A DNA stretch of 64,000 bases, taken from assembly GCA_965222605.1 (NCBI GenBank), contig OZ244960.1, positions 5,984,001 through 6,048,000 of the forward strand, written 5' to 3'. Source of the stretch: Candidatus Latescibacterota bacterium. Its GTDB lineage: Bacteria > Latescibacterota > UBA2968. A program made the position numbers and the translations under genes. The stretch's first letter is position 1. The number at the start of each line of letters is the position of its first letter. A model generated the notes under the pieces. The model made no database searches. It worked only from the letters and a program-made list of their open reading frames with translations, and was not told the DNA's origin. Positions 37,212 through 48,021 of the stretch are shown in pieces.

Positions 37212-38324
37212 ATGGCGTTGAAGATTTTGCATACTGCGGATCTGCATTTGGGACTGAAATTCGCAGGCTATCCGGATGTCCAAAACAAACTCACTGAGGC
37301 GAGGTTTGAGGTGCTGGAAGGCTTGGTTGACCGAGCCAACTCAGAACAGTGTGACCTTTTTGTTCTGGCTGGTGACGTTTTTGATCGGGTAACCGTTGCC
37401 AGACGAGATATCAGCAGGTGTATTGATATCTTGAATGAATGCAATGGCCTGGTGATCTTACTGCCAGGCAACCACGACTATATGTCCAGTCAAAGCGACT
37501 TATGGAAGTACGTTGTTGAAAATGGTGGTGATCGGTTGTGTGTATTGGAGAAACAGGAGCCCGTTCCCTTGGATCACTATGATTTGGATGTTGTGCTCTA
37601 TCCCGGTCCTTGCACTGCCAAGCATTCTTCTGAGAATGCTATCGATTGGGTCAAAACGACCCATAAGGATCAGAGCACCAAATACCATATCGGAATTGCT
37701 CACGGGAATATTGAGGGGCTTGGTCTTGATGAACGGCGGAATTACTACCCGATGACCCGTGCAGAACTCCTTGAATGCGAAGTCGATCTGTGGCTGCTTG
37801 GTCATATCCACGTTCCATTCCCTGCTAAATCCGGTTCCAGCGAACGGATATATTATTCTGGCACGCCTGAACCGGATGGGTTCGATTGCCGCCATTGTGG
37901 ATGCGCCTGGATTATTGAGCTTGATAACAATAAGGCAATCAATGCACGGCAGATTTTCCCAGGAAAGTTTCAGTTTACACACCATGAGTTTGACTTGAGA
38001 ACGTCGGTGGACATAGAGAAATTGAAGAAATATTACACGGAAACGGACCGAACAAATCTGCTGGTAAAATTGAAGCTGACCGGGCGATTGCCCAGAGAAA
38101 CCTATGCAGAATTAGATTCTGTAAAATCTGTTATAAGAGATCATGTTTTTTATCTTCAGTGGGATGACAGCGATGTGGCTATAGAGATTACTCCCGATGT
38201 CATTGACCGGGAGTTTACCCAAGAATCTTTTCCATACAGGCTTTTAACGGAGCTTGCTCGCAGCGAAGAGGATGCAGAGGCACTACAGATTGGTTATGAA
38301 ATGATTCAGGAGGTGAAAGAATGA
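37212..38324 (+). CDS. SbcD/Mre11/YhaO-like metallophosphoesterase nuclease
   Basis: HTADLHLG, AGDVFD, PGNHD, IAHG, LGHIH, YSGTPE; RBS AGGAGG. Confidence 0.9.
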   Translation: MALKILHTADLHLGLKFAGYPDVQNKLTEARFEVLEGLVDRANSEQCDLFVLAGDVFDRVTVARRDISRCIDILNECNGLVILLPGNHDYMSSQSDLWKYVVENGGDRLCVLEKQEPVPLDHYDLDVVLYPGPCTAKHSSENAIDWVKTTHKDQSTKYHIGIAHGNIEGLGLDERRNYYPMTRAELLECEVDLWLLGHIHVPFPAKSGSSERIYYSGTPEPDGFDCRHCGCAWIIELDNNKAINARQIFPGKFQFTHHEFDLRTSVDIEKLKKYYTETDRTNLLVKLKLTGRLPRETYAELDSVKSVIRDHVFYLQWDDSDVAIEITPDVIDREFTQESFPYRLLTELARSEEDAEALQIGYEMIQEVKE

Positions 38325-40741
38325 TACTCAAGAGCATAGCTCTCAAGCCTTTTGGCGGGCTGACAGATGCACAACTCGCTTTCAAACCTGGACTCAATGT
38401 CATTCACGGACCGAATGAAGCAGGAAAATCAACGATTTTCAATGCGCTTCAACGGGTGCTTTTTACACCAGCGCACCTAACCCCTTCCGTGTTTAGAAGG
38501 GAGATGGAATCCTTCTTGCCGTTAGAAGGTGGGGATACCATCGTCGTGTCTCTATGTCTGGATCTAAACGGAAATACGTATGCACTCAAGAGAACCTGGG
38601 GTGCTACAAAGTCTGTGGAACTTACGTTGCCAAGAGGTTCTATCATTACAGACGAAGATGCGGTCCAAGGACGTCTGATATCGCTGCTGCCAGCTAAAGA
38701 GGGGACGTTCAAAACAGTGCTAATGACGTACCAATCCGAGCTACCCAAAACGATTGAGGAATTGGAGGCTCAACAGGAACCTATTCAGACCCTTAGTACG
38801 ATCCTCCGAAGGGCTGTTTTCGAGACGGATGGTGTCTCGGTAGATCAGTTCAAGCAGAATATCGAATCCGAATACACTGCATACTACAGTCGGTGGGATC
38901 GCGAACGCGGATGCCCTGAAAGTGATCGGCGTTATAAAATAAATGTCGGCAAGATCCTCCAGGCCCATTACGGTCTGGAAGATACACGGACGGCTTTGAA
39001 GGAAGCCAAGGTCTACGAGGTTGAACTGGACGAAATTAACAGCGAGATCAGTGCTTGCAGTAACACAATTGAAACCATCGAAGCCTATATCAAAGAAAAT
39101 GAGAGGGTCGTAGAGGATGCACGCCAGCGTCAGTCATTGAATGACAGACAGGTTGCCATTGACGCCCGTATGGAAAAACTCCGAAAAGATAACAGAGATT
39201 GGCCTATCACTGAAAACGAAGCGGCCCGGATTGAGGTATTGTTGCCTGGGCTCAAGAAAAAAGAGAACGCGCTGGTTTTGGAACAAGAAGTGACAATAAA
39301 AAAGGAAGAGAGAAATCAATTACGAAGACAATTCGAGCAGGTTGAGCAGAGACGGCAAGAACTTGAGGGTGCGGAGCAGGTAGCCCAACAAACTCCAAAA
39401 CTTACAGCCGATGACCTGGAAGAGTTGCGAGTCACAGATGCGAAACTCAACGAGCTTAAGGCAAGCGTAAATGCGGGCAAACTCTCTGTCCGTTTGTTGG
39501 CAAACAATGCCCTTTCCATTTTAGTTCAAGAAGGTCTTTCTGAACCGCAGCCCCAAGAAATAGGATCTGGGGAGCATATCTCTTACGATGAAGGAGGCAG
39601 AGTAAAGATTAGTCATCAGGACTGGGAGATAGACATTTCATCTGGTGAGAGTAATTTTGATGCACTTGTGCAGGAGTTTGAGGAGACTAATCGGCATCTC
39701 ACCGCTCTGCTTGAACAGCACGATGTTGAGAATCTAAATGAAGCTATTGGCATCAATAATGGCTATATGACGAGTCTTCAAAGCGTCAACTCTGCAAAGA
39801 ACAATCTGAAAGCGGCGTTGGCTGGGGAGACCTATGAAGAACTCAAAGCGAAAGTTGCACAGATTGGGACAACAGAAGATTCCCGTGATTTGAAGAGCAT
39901 TCAGGAAGATCTGTATAATGTGAAGGCTGAGATCAGTGAACGTGAACGCTCCTTAGGACAGAACCAACAACGAATCCAGGAACTGATTGATACCTACGGC
40001 AGTTCGGACCAATTGCTATTGAAGCTTGCCGAAGAGGCAAAGAAGGAGAGAGATGTACAGGACAAGATCGAAAATCTTGTCCCGCTACCCGATGATGTTG
40101 ACGATATTGATTCTTTCATCGAAATGTACGAAGAGAAGCAGGCTGAGTTGACGAAAACGAACAATCATAATACAGACCTGTTAATTCAGCGTGCGAATGT
40201 AGAGAGAAACGAACCAGAATTACCTGCCGAAGAATTAAACAACCGGCTTGTAGAATTGACCGAAAATTTCAAGAAAATAAATAAACGAGGCGAAGCCGTC
40301 GCAAGGATAAAAGACCTGACAGATCGGCTGATGGAGGAGATGGATTCAAATACCTATAGAGGACTGACAGGCGATCTGGAGCGATATGTGGTGTCGATGA
40401 CAGAGAACCGGTATGCCCAAATCGATATGGAGGAGAGCCTTCCGCGGGGATTTGTTCGACAAGATGGTGTGACATTACCATACGATCTGTTATCCGCCGG
40501 GACGAAGGATGTTCTGGCCCTATCGCTTCGCCTTGCTATGGCCAACCATTTTTTGATGGACGCAAATGGTATGCTTATGCTTGACGACCCGCTTGTGGAT
40601 CTGGATCCTCGTCGACAGGAAAAGGCGGCTGAGGCCTTTAGAGATTTCGCAGAACAGAAGCAGGTGATTATCTTTACATGCCACCCTCATCATGCGGAAC
40701 TTCTGGGTGGTAATCGGATCGAGCTTGAGGGGAATAGTTGA
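38321..40741 (+). CDS. SbcC/Rad50/YhaN-like SMC-type ATPase
   Basis: GPNEAGKS, long coiled coil, LSAG signature, LDDPLVDLD, FTCH; ATGA overlap. Confidence 0.9.
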   Translation: MILKSIALKPFGGLTDAQLAFKPGLNVIHGPNEAGKSTIFNALQRVLFTPAHLTPSVFRREMESFLPLEGGDTIVVSLCLDLNGNTYALKRTWGATKSVELTLPRGSIITDEDAVQGRLISLLPAKEGTFKTVLMTYQSELPKTIEELEAQQEPIQTLSTILRRAVFETDGVSVDQFKQNIESEYTAYYSRWDRERGCPESDRRYKINVGKILQAHYGLEDTRTALKEAKVYEVELDEINSEISACSNTIETIEAYIKENERVVEDARQRQSLNDRQVAIDARMEKLRKDNRDWPITENEAARIEVLLPGLKKKENALVLEQEVTIKKEERNQLRRQFEQVEQRRQELEGAEQVAQQTPKLTADDLEELRVTDAKLNELKASVNAGKLSVRLLANNALSILVQEGLSEPQPQEIGSGEHISYDEGGRVKISHQDWEIDISSGESNFDALVQEFEETNRHLTALLEQHDVENLNEAIGINNGYMTSLQSVNSAKNNLKAALAGETYEELKAKVAQIGTTEDSRDLKSIQEDLYNVKAEISERERSLGQNQQRIQELIDTYGSSDQLLLKLAEEAKKERDVQDKIENLVPLPDDVDDIDSFIEMYEEKQAELTKTNNHNTDLLIQRANVERNEPELPAEELNNRLVELTENFKKINKRGEAVARIKDLTDRLMEEMDSNTYRGLTGDLERYVVSMTENRYAQIDMEESLPRGFVRQDGVTLPYDLLSAGTKDVLALSLRLAMANHFLMDANGMLMLDDPLVDLDPRRQEKAAEAFRDFAEQKQVIIFTCHPHHAELLGGNRIELEGNS

Positions 40742-40822
40742 CGTTTTTATCACAAGAGATCCCGAGATGGACAGAGAACACGACAAACATCCGTCAGGGC
40801 CTGATCCCAGAGTGCTTTGGTT

Positions 40823-42445
40823 TCATGAACCGCTTCCTGCGGACCATGTATTGCCACCTGCCCGGACGGTTCCTTCTGCTTCTATAAACTCCGCGCAGTG
40901 GATCCCGCCGCCCAGACCGTTGACAGATGTGATTTTGTGGCCCATTTCGATCAATCCATTCACGATATTATCGGACAAGGCACGGGTCACACTTACCGGC
41001 TCGTGGGTTTGTACATGCATCCTCGGTCCATTGACAGCCTCGAAGGATGTTGCGCCGTAATCGACGATTTTTTGGGCCGCACGAGCGTTCACAGAGATGA
41101 TACGCCTGCCGCCTGGCATTCCAATCGCTACATCCCGACCTGGAAGCTGAATGATGAGCGGAACTGTATTGTTCAGCGGTCGCTTGAGCGAAGCCACAGA
41201 ATTTTTGCGACCGGGTCTGGGATCTAATCTGCACATCCCATGTCCCAGAATGATGCCTGTTTCCGGCACCGTAACAAGGGAACCGAAAGCGCCGCCTTGA
41301 GAAATTGTTACGGACGCCACATTTCCTTCGGCATCTGCAGAAGAGACGTGGAGCGTACCATCATTTGAATCACCCATTGGCGGTGGCACAAGCTGGTCCA
41401 CCCCATTGGGAAACTGGCGCAGTGTTTCCACTCGACCGGCTGCATAATCTTTGCTCAGCAGTTGCTCGACCGGTACATCCACATGGTTTGGATCCGCGAG
41501 ATGAAGAAGGCGATCTCGCCAGACCAGCTTGAGAAGCTCGGCGAATCGGTGCCAGTACTCGACCGTGTCATCCGGTAGGGGATCGAAGCATTCCCACATG
41601 TTGAGCAATTGCAAGCTGGACAATCCGCCGTTGGGCAAAATCGCGCCATGCACGGATGCCTCGCGGTAGGTCGTGGTATATGGTTCGGTCACTCCTGGTT
41701 TGAAGGCAGCCATATCTTCCATTGTCAAAATACCGCCAGTGGCCTGAACGTGATCCACTATTTTATGGCCGATTTCTCCCGTATAGAAATCCTGCCATCC
41801 GGCTTCTGAAACTCTTGCAAGGGTTTTTTCCATATCGCGGCGGTGCCAGATTTCATCTGCTGTTGGAACACGTCCTTCGGGCATCAGATGTTTTTCTGTT
41901 GCTTCAAATTTGCGGATCACGTCCTGGAGATTTTTGATCGCACCTGCAGTAGAACTGAAGAGAAAGCCATCCTCGAGTAGCTTCAGCGATGGTGCTATCA
42001 CATCGGACCATTTGAGTTTTCCCCACTTTTCCCAAATGGTGCCCATGCCTGCCATCATACCCGGGGGACCAATGGCGAGAGGTCCATGGACGTTGGCATT
42101 GTCCTTTACGCTGCAGTTGTATTCATTTCCATTGATGCCTCTGGGGGTACGCGCTGGCAGGATGGTGTACATGTGTTCGTGAGCCGCTTTGGGCGAAATC
42201 GAATTGGCGTCTATCGACCAGACTTTGCCTGTGGCACCTTCCAGGATTACGGCACACAGTACATAACCACCCACACCCGTGGACTGTGGCTGTAACATGC
42301 AGCATGCCATACTGGTCGCCACTGCTGCATCAAAGGCGTTACCACCCTGTTCGAGTATTCTCGCACCGACTCTTGCCGCCTCTGGAGGTCCGGCTGCAAC
42401 TGCTCCTGTTGTGCTGGTAACTTCGTATCCTTCAGTCATATTCAA
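40823..42445 (-). CDS. ggt: Gamma-glutamyltransferase family protein
   Basis: GGNAFDAAVA, GVGG, catalytic Thr in GTLHVSSADAEGN, FGSLV, GMPGG. Confidence 0.85.
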   Translation of the reverse strand: MNMTEGYEVTSTTGAVAAGPPEAARVGARILEQGGNAFDAAVATSMACCMLQPQSTGVGGYVLCAVILEGATGKVWSIDANSISPKAAHEHMYTILPARTPRGINGNEYNCSVKDNANVHGPLAIGPPGMMAGMGTIWEKWGKLKWSDVIAPSLKLLEDGFLFSSTAGAIKNLQDVIRKFEATEKHLMPEGRVPTADEIWHRRDMEKTLARVSEAGWQDFYTGEIGHKIVDHVQATGGILTMEDMAAFKPGVTEPYTTTYREASVHGAILPNGGLSSLQLLNMWECFDPLPDDTVEYWHRFAELLKLVWRDRLLHLADPNHVDVPVEQLLSKDYAAGRVETLRQFPNGVDQLVPPPMGDSNDGTLHVSSADAEGNVASVTISQGGAFGSLVTVPETGIILGHGMCRLDPRPGRKNSVASLKRPLNNTVPLIIQLPGRDVAIGMPGGRRIISVNARAAQKIVDYGATSFEAVNGPRMHVQTHEPVSVTRALSDNIVNGLIEMGHKITSVNGLGGGIHCAEFIEAEGTVRAGGNTWSAGSGS

Positions 42446-42452
42446 TTTTTTC

Positions 42453-43195
42453 CTATTTTATTGCATATTGCATCAATTTTTCTTCGTCGATTTCAATACC
42501 CAGTCCCGGGCGGTCGGGCAGTTCGAGATAACTGCCGTTTCGGGTGAGGGATTGCTTGAGAATCTGATCGCTTTTTAGCTGGAAGCTCTGGTCGAAGTGT
42601 TCCATGATGACAAAGTTGAGAATGCCTGCCGATAGCTGAAGTTGCGCAGCGGTAGAAAGGACGTTGCCTGCGCCAACTGCAGGGGCGAGTGGGATGTCGA
42701 AGGTTTCGGCGAGGTGGGCGATGCGCTGGCTGCCCGTGATGCCTGTTCGCGCGAGGTCGGGCAGAGGACGTAGCAGGGTACGTCGAGGGCTTTGCCCGAA
42801 AGATCCCAGAGGGCGTTGTTGATGCCCGCAAGGGCGGCCGCGAGATAACCCGAGCGGTAACCTCGACCGCGCATGGTGCCGTAGGTCATGTCGTAGAGCT
42901 TTTCGCGAGCGAGCGGATTTTCGCCGATGAGAATGGGGGCAAACAGGCGATCTACGACTGCTTTGGTGGCTTCGGGAACGAGCAGGGATTGGCCTTCGCC
43001 CCATCCGACAAGGCCATTGTCGGCGGTGATTTTGACAAAGAGTGCTTCGGCATAACGCGCAGCTGCCATGTCGTCGATGGGAGGCGTTGTGTCGTAGGAG
43101 AGCGATTTGCGAGGACGCACATAATCGGGAATGTTCTCAGCGATATTGAGACGAGGTAATTTGACGACGTAGGCGTCGATTTGTTCTATTCGCAT
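42453..43195 (-). pseudogene. Mandelate racemase/muconate lactonizing enzyme with internal deletion and frameshift
   Basis: N-terminus (GWGE..NALWDLSGKALDVPCYVL) switches frame near 42765 directly into C-terminal LPDLARTGITG...LPDRPGLGIEID; the central barrel is missing. Confidence 0.75.
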
Positions 43196-43233
43196 CTATG
43201 ACTCCTGTAAACCTTGCAAGATGCTTTCTCGTT

Positions 43234-44385
43234 TTATGGGTCGATCAAATTGTCGTTAATATAATCCCAGTTGAAATCAAATCCCAGACCTGGTAGCTGG
43301 GGTAGGATGACATTACCGTCGTCATCCAGGGGATCGACGATGGAATTCAAATAGGGTGGCGGAGTTTCGTAGTCGAAGTCGGGGCGTAAGAGGCCGCGTT
43401 CAAAGTATTCACAGGTTGCTTCTGTTGTTGCGCCCAGGATTTGACTGTTTGCCCATCCGCCGCCATGCATTTCACACTGAATGCCAAAAGCCTGTGCCAC
43501 ATTCACCATTTTGTATGAACCAGTAATGCCGCCAAAGTTGTCGTCGATGCGCAGCATGTCAGATGCACCCTGGAGCACCCATTCGGCGCGTGTGAAGACA
43601 CCGCCGGGAATGTGTTCTGGTGCGAGAATGGCAATGTCCAACTCGCGGGTCAATCGTCGGTATGCTTCTGTTCGCGTTTCGATCATGGGATGTTCCAGCC
43701 AGTAGTAATTCAGTTTTTCCAGTTCGCGGCCGACCCAAAGCGATTGCTCTAAAGTATAGACGCCAAAGGGGTCTAACATCAAGACCATGTCGTCGCCGAC
43801 AGCTTCGCGCACGGCCTTGCATACTTCCACGTCTTCTTTGGGAAATCCGGGCACCTGTGGGGCAGGTTCCCATGTATGTGGATTCCAGCAGATGTACGCG
43901 TGAACTTTGTAGGCTTTGTAACCCTGTTCTTTGCAGGCAAGTGCATGTGCCGCATAGTCTTCGGGTTTTCCTATGTTGGGATAAGTGCTGGCATAAGCTT
44001 TTACTTTGTCGCGAGCACCGCCGAGGATCTTGTGTACGGGCAGGTCAACCATTCTGCCCAGCAGGTCCCAAAGGGCGCAATCGACTGCGCCCATAACATG
44101 CTCGGGCAAGCTGTGACCGAAGGTGACCAACTGGTCCATCCAGTTCCAGATTGTTTCACGCGCAAGAGGATCTTCACCGATCAACATGCGCTTGATTGGA
44201 CCTTCAAGATATCGCCGGTCGCCGCCGATCATATATCCGTCAAGCCCTTCATCAGTTGCGATTTTGAAGATCGATCCGGCCGATTCTTTTTGTTCCTCTC
44301 CCCAGACGCCGTAACCCCACTTACTCGGTCGAGATCTGCCGCCTGGCGCACGGAATGTGATGACTTCGATGTCTGTAATTTTCAT
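43234..44385 (-). CDS. Mandelate racemase/muconate lactonizing (enolase superfamily) enzyme
   Basis: DCALWDLLG, YKAYKVH, LMLDP, WLEHP, APE, CEMH, PQLPGLG. Confidence 0.9.
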   Translation of the reverse strand: MKITDIEVITFRAPGGRSRPSKWGYGVWGEEQKESAGSIFKIATDEGLDGYMIGGDRRYLEGPIKRMLIGEDPLARETIWNWMDQLVTFGHSLPEHVMGAVDCALWDLLGRMVDLPVHKILGGARDKVKAYASTYPNIGKPEDYAAHALACKEQGYKAYKVHAYICWNPHTWEPAPQVPGFPKEDVEVCKAVREAVGDDMVLMLDPFGVYTLEQSLWVGRELEKLNYYWLEHPMIETRTEAYRRLTRELDIAILAPEHIPGGVFTRAEWVLQGASDMLRIDDNFGGITGSYKMVNVAQAFGIQCEMHGGGWANSQILGATTEATCEYFERGLLRPDFDYETPPPYLNSIVDPLDDDGNVILPQLPGLGFDFNWDYINDNLIDP

Positions 44386-44423
44386 GGAATCCTCAATTCA
44401 ATTTTCTGGTTTATTGTGCAGGA

Positions 44424-45158
44424 TCAAGCCCGGGTTGTGGGGAGGGCGTTGAATCCCAAAAGTTGTCGCAGGAGCGGGGTTGCGCGGTTCATGACTTTTT
44501 TTGTTGCGAGGCTCATCTGATCCTGCTGGGTTTTGAGGATGGAACGGTTGTAAAATCCGAGCAACGCCACGCGCTCGCGGTCGGTCTGGTTTGCGCCCGA
44601 TCCATGCCAGGTTGCGCCGTTTAAGATCATGACCGAGCCTTTTGGTCCCTCGACCTGGATTTCGTCTGGATATGTTTGATCTGGTTTCGGCCTGGTGTCG
44701 AGTCTTTTGTGACTGCCGGGCACACAGCGGGTGGAGCCGTTTTTGGGATAAAAGTCGTCGAGGAACCAGACGCTGTTGGCTGAAAGCGCAAAAGAAGGTC
44801 GGGGCGTGGGCAGTGTGCCCAATGGAAAATCGATGTGCAAATTGCCTGCTGGCGTGCCGGGACCGATAATGTTGGCTGTAAATGAACTCAAGACCAGGTC
44901 TTTGCCCAGCAGATATTGCTGAGCTTCGATGATGCGCGGGTGTTGTATGGCCTGTTCAAAGACTTCGTGTTTGTTTACCAGATTCCAGACGCGACTCGCG
45001 TTTTCGAGATGGCTGTAATCTCGTCCGGCTTTGATATCTTCCTGAGCCAGTTCCAGCGCGAGGTTGCGCATGGTGTCTGCTTCATCGACGCTGATGACAT
45101 TTTCGAGAATGAGGTAGCCCTGTTCGTCGAGGTGTTGTTTTTCGCTGTCGGTGAGCAT
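44424..45158 (-). CDS. Phytanoyl-CoA dioxygenase (PhyH) family 2OG-Fe(II) oxygenase
   Basis: EQGYLILENV, HID, NGSTRCVPGSH, WHGSGAN...R. Confidence 0.88.
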   Translation of the reverse strand: MLTDSEKQHLDEQGYLILENVISVDEADTMRNLALELAQEDIKAGRDYSHLENASRVWNLVNKHEVFEQAIQHPRIIEAQQYLLGKDLVLSSFTANIIGPGTPAGNLHIDFPLGTLPTPRPSFALSANSVWFLDDFYPKNGSTRCVPGSHKRLDTRPKPDQTYPDEIQVEGPKGSVMILNGATWHGSGANQTDRERVALLGFYNRSILKTQQDQMSLATKKVMNRATPLLRQLLGFNALPTTRA

Positions 45159-45313
45159 AAGGTTGCCTTTTGGATGTTTTTATAATGGAGCGGGAACCGT
45201 TGCCTTCTGGGAAGATACGATAAAGGCTGAGATATTTCAAATGTTGTGGGTGGGGCCGAGCGCATCCGTGACGAGAGGAATGAGCCTGTAACCCGTAACC
45301 TGAACCCTGTCTA

Positions 45314-46744
45314 TTATGCAACGCCCCAGCCAGGATACTTATCCGGATCAGCAAACTCCTGTCCCAATTCCAAAAAGCCACGGGGGCCACGTCTGCCGTA
45401 TTCAAATGGATCTTTTGTACCTTCCATCCAACGATGCAATCTTTCTTCCATTTCTTGAAGTACTGGCCGCGCTTCAGCAGAATTCGCCAGGTTAACCATC
45501 TCGATCGGATCTTCCTGCCGGTCAAACAGCCAGGGGCCTCGCTCATTAGCAAACCAACGCGCATACGTATAGCGTTCGTTACGCACACCGCGCCAACGCC
45601 CAACCCAACCGTCGCGATTGGGCCAACCATGTGCCATATTCTGCAAATAGACAGACTCCGATCCACCAGGCGTTAACTCCGTATCTGCAGGTGCTTCACC
45701 ACCATGCCACACGCTCGAAATATCTCGCCCTTGTAAACCTTCTGGCAACGGCACGCCACAAGCACCAAGCAATGTAGGTACAATATCAATCGCACCAAAG
45801 AAAGCATCCGTTCGTGTACCAGCTTCAATAGCATCAGGCCAACGCACCACAAACGGCACATGGCAAGATTCTTCATAAGGTGTTGCCTTTGAAGCCCGCA
45901 TTGACTCGTCCAACCATCTACTACTGGGTTTGCCATACCCATGGCTTGAAAGGTGATCTCCATGATCTGATGTATAACAGACAATTGTATTGTCCTTGAC
46001 CCCTAAGCGATCCAGAGCTTCCAACAATCGCCCCATCTCTGCATCAAGTCCTGTACAACACCCGTAATAGTCTGCAAGTTCCTCATGTGCCCATGCTTTC
46101 ATCTCGTCTGGTACATTGCCCGGCACATCCATGTCCGCAGGATCATAAATATTATATTCGTCGGGATACTGCTTATATGGCCAGTGAGGAGGTCGCCAGG
46201 ACACAAAGACGGCAAATGGATCGTCTGTTCGAGCATCCAGGTGTTTTTCCATAAATTGAATAGCCAAATCCGTTTCGTTCGTTGGAGCCCAGCCTCCGTA
46301 AAAGTTCGGGCCCTCATCATTTTCGTAATAAGTTCTGTCGAAGTAGGCGCCCCGCCCTCTCCCTCCTGCCAGCGCCGCAAGATAATCCAGTCCGTACCGA
46401 TTGTCGTCGCCGTACGGCCCTTTACCCAGATGCCATGTACCCACGTGCGCAGTGCCATACCCATGCTCGCGCAAAGTGCCTGGCAACGTCGGGATATCTC
46501 GTCGCGGACTGTACTCATTATCAATCACCAAATTTTGCCAACCATACCGACCGGTTAACAAAATCGCTCGATAAGGCGAACACAGCGGGTGGTTGGAAAA
46601 CATATTGTCACACACCATTCCTTTAGCTGCCATCGCATCCAAAACAGGCGTTTTGATCACGTCATTGCCATTCGCACCCAGCGCGCTATAACGTTGCTGA
46701 TCAGAAAATACGAACAGAATATTTGGGCGTTTCTCATTACTCAT
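45314..46744 (-). CDS. Sulfatase (S1)
   Basis: RPNILFVFSDQQR, CSPYRAILLTG, WHLG, SDHGD; ATG 46744 with AAGGA RBS. Confidence 0.9.
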   Translation of the reverse strand: MSNEKRPNILFVFSDQQRYSALGANGNDVIKTPVLDAMAAKGMVCDNMFSNHPLCSPYRAILLTGRYGWQNLVIDNEYSPRRDIPTLPGTLREHGYGTAHVGTWHLGKGPYGDDNRYGLDYLAALAGGRGRGAYFDRTYYENDEGPNFYGGWAPTNETDLAIQFMEKHLDARTDDPFAVFVSWRPPHWPYKQYPDEYNIYDPADMDVPGNVPDEMKAWAHEELADYYGCCTGLDAEMGRLLEALDRLGVKDNTIVCYTSDHGDHLSSHGYGKPSSRWLDESMRASKATPYEESCHVPFVVRWPDAIEAGTRTDAFFGAIDIVPTLLGACGVPLPEGLQGRDISSVWHGGEAPADTELTPGGSESVYLQNMAHGWPNRDGWVGRWRGVRNERYTYARWFANERGPWLFDRQEDPIEMVNLANSAEARPVLQEMEERLHRWMEGTKDPFEYGRRGPRGFLELGQEFADPDKYPGWGVA

Positions 46745-46861
46745 GGGAATTCCTTTCATTTTACCTGCGGAAACCACGTCCTTTGGGCGTGGTCAGAGAA
46801 AATGGGCTTTGCCGTAAAAGTTGATGTTGACAAACATTTCATACTGATTATAGTTATCAAT

Positions 46862-47953
46862 ATGATACTTACTTTACAAATACAACTGCTACCGGATACG
46901 GACACAGCACAGAAGTTAAAAGCTACTGTTGAGCGGTTCAACGAAGCTGCCAATTGGCTTGCACCGAAGGCTTATGAGCGCAAGCTGGCAAACGGCATTG
47001 CGTTACACAAGCTATATTACTACGAGTTGCGGGCGCGATTTAGCCTTTCGTCCCAGATGGCCTGTCGCTGTATTGCCCAGGTTGTAGAGGCATATAAGCG
47101 CGACAAAGCGGTGCAACCGTCGTTTCGTCGCCATGCTGCTATGCCTTACGATCAACGCCTGTATAGCTTCAAGGGCATAGACCGGGTATCTCTGCTCACG
47201 TTGGAAGGGCGCGTGCTTGTGCCGATGCTTATGGGTAATTACCAGCGTGAGCAGTTCGGCTATGCCAAAGGACAAGCAGACCTTGTGTTGCGCAAAGACG
47301 GCAAGTGGTTCTTGCTTGTCTCTGTCGATGTTCCAGATGGCACGCCAATACCTGCTACTGATTTTATCGGCGTTGATCTCGGCGTGACGAACATCGCTGT
47401 CACCGATGATGGCGAGACTTTTTCCGGCGACACAGTTGAAAACGTCCGCCAGAAAATGCACAAGCTGAAGAAGTCGCTCCAGCAGAAGGCATCCGATAGG
47501 GTCAAGCAAGGCAAGAGACCCAAGAATGTTCGCAGAAAACTCTCTGCCATCTCTGGCCGGGAGAGCAGGTTTCGTAGAAACACCAACCATATCCTCTCTA
47601 AACGCATCGTTGAGAAGGCCAAAGACACTGGCAAAGCAATTGCTCTTGAAGACTTGAAAGGCATCCGCAAGAGCCAGACCCGGTTTCGCAAGCCTCAGCG
47701 TGCAAAGATGTCTGGATGGTCTTTCTTCCAACTTCGCACCTTTATCGAATACAAGGCCAAGCGTGCTGGTATCCACATAGAACCTGTTGACCCCAAATAT
47801 ACCAGCCAGACGTGTGCCGAATGCGGGCATTGTGAGAAAGACAATAGACCTACCCAGGCATCCTTCCTGTGCAAAGTGTGTGGTCATAAAGACCATGCCG
47901 ACCGCAACGCTGCTCGGAACATCCGAGCAAGGGCTTTGTGTCAACAAGCCTAA
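46862..47953 (+). CDS. tnpB: TnpB RNA-guided endonuclease
   Basis: RuvC GVDLG, IALEDL, HADRNAARNI; Zn finger CAEC..CKVC; W..FQLRTFIEYKA; start MILTLQIQL. Confidence 0.92.
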   Translation: MILTLQIQLLPDTDTAQKLKATVERFNEAANWLAPKAYERKLANGIALHKLYYYELRARFSLSSQMACRCIAQVVEAYKRDKAVQPSFRRHAAMPYDQRLYSFKGIDRVSLLTLEGRVLVPMLMGNYQREQFGYAKGQADLVLRKDGKWFLLVSVDVPDGTPIPATDFIGVDLGVTNIAVTDDGETFSGDTVENVRQKMHKLKKSLQQKASDRVKQGKRPKNVRRKLSAISGRESRFRRNTNHILSKRIVEKAKDTGKAIALEDLKGIRKSQTRFRKPQRAKMSGWSFFQLRTFIEYKAKRAGIHIEPVDPKYTSQTCAECGHCEKDNRPTQASFLCKVCGHKDHADRNAARNIRARALCQQA

Positions 47954-48017
47954 TGTAGCGAATCGCCCCTCTGGGTGTGACAGCTACAAGCCACCGCCTC
48001 TGGCGGTGGTAGTTGAT
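47800..48017 (+). ncRNA. Putative omegaRNA/reRNA scaffold of TnpB
   Basis: Inferred from the usual location overlapping the tnpB 3' end and right-end hairpin; 5' boundary is a guess. Confidence 0.4.
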
Positions 48018-48021
48018 ATGG

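Larger units (their letters stand above)
46765..48017 (+). mobile_element. IS200/IS605-family solo tnpB element (IS1341-like, no tnpA)
   Basis: Left hairpin ACCACGTCC-TTT-GGGCGTGGT (46773-46793) after TTTAC; right hairpin CCACCGCC-TCT-GGCGGTGG (47991-48009) then TAGTTGA; exact ends uncertain. Confidence 0.7.

Noticed and set aside
15385-40741. Integrase-bounded genomic island or prophage
   Set aside because: No integrase, att-tRNA or phage structural genes found; only composition and gene content suggest horizontal origin
46589-46861. N-terminal extension of TnpB to 454 aa, or a Cas12f call
   Set aside because: The extension overlaps the sulfatase start and the element's left end; no CRISPR array or cas genes nearby
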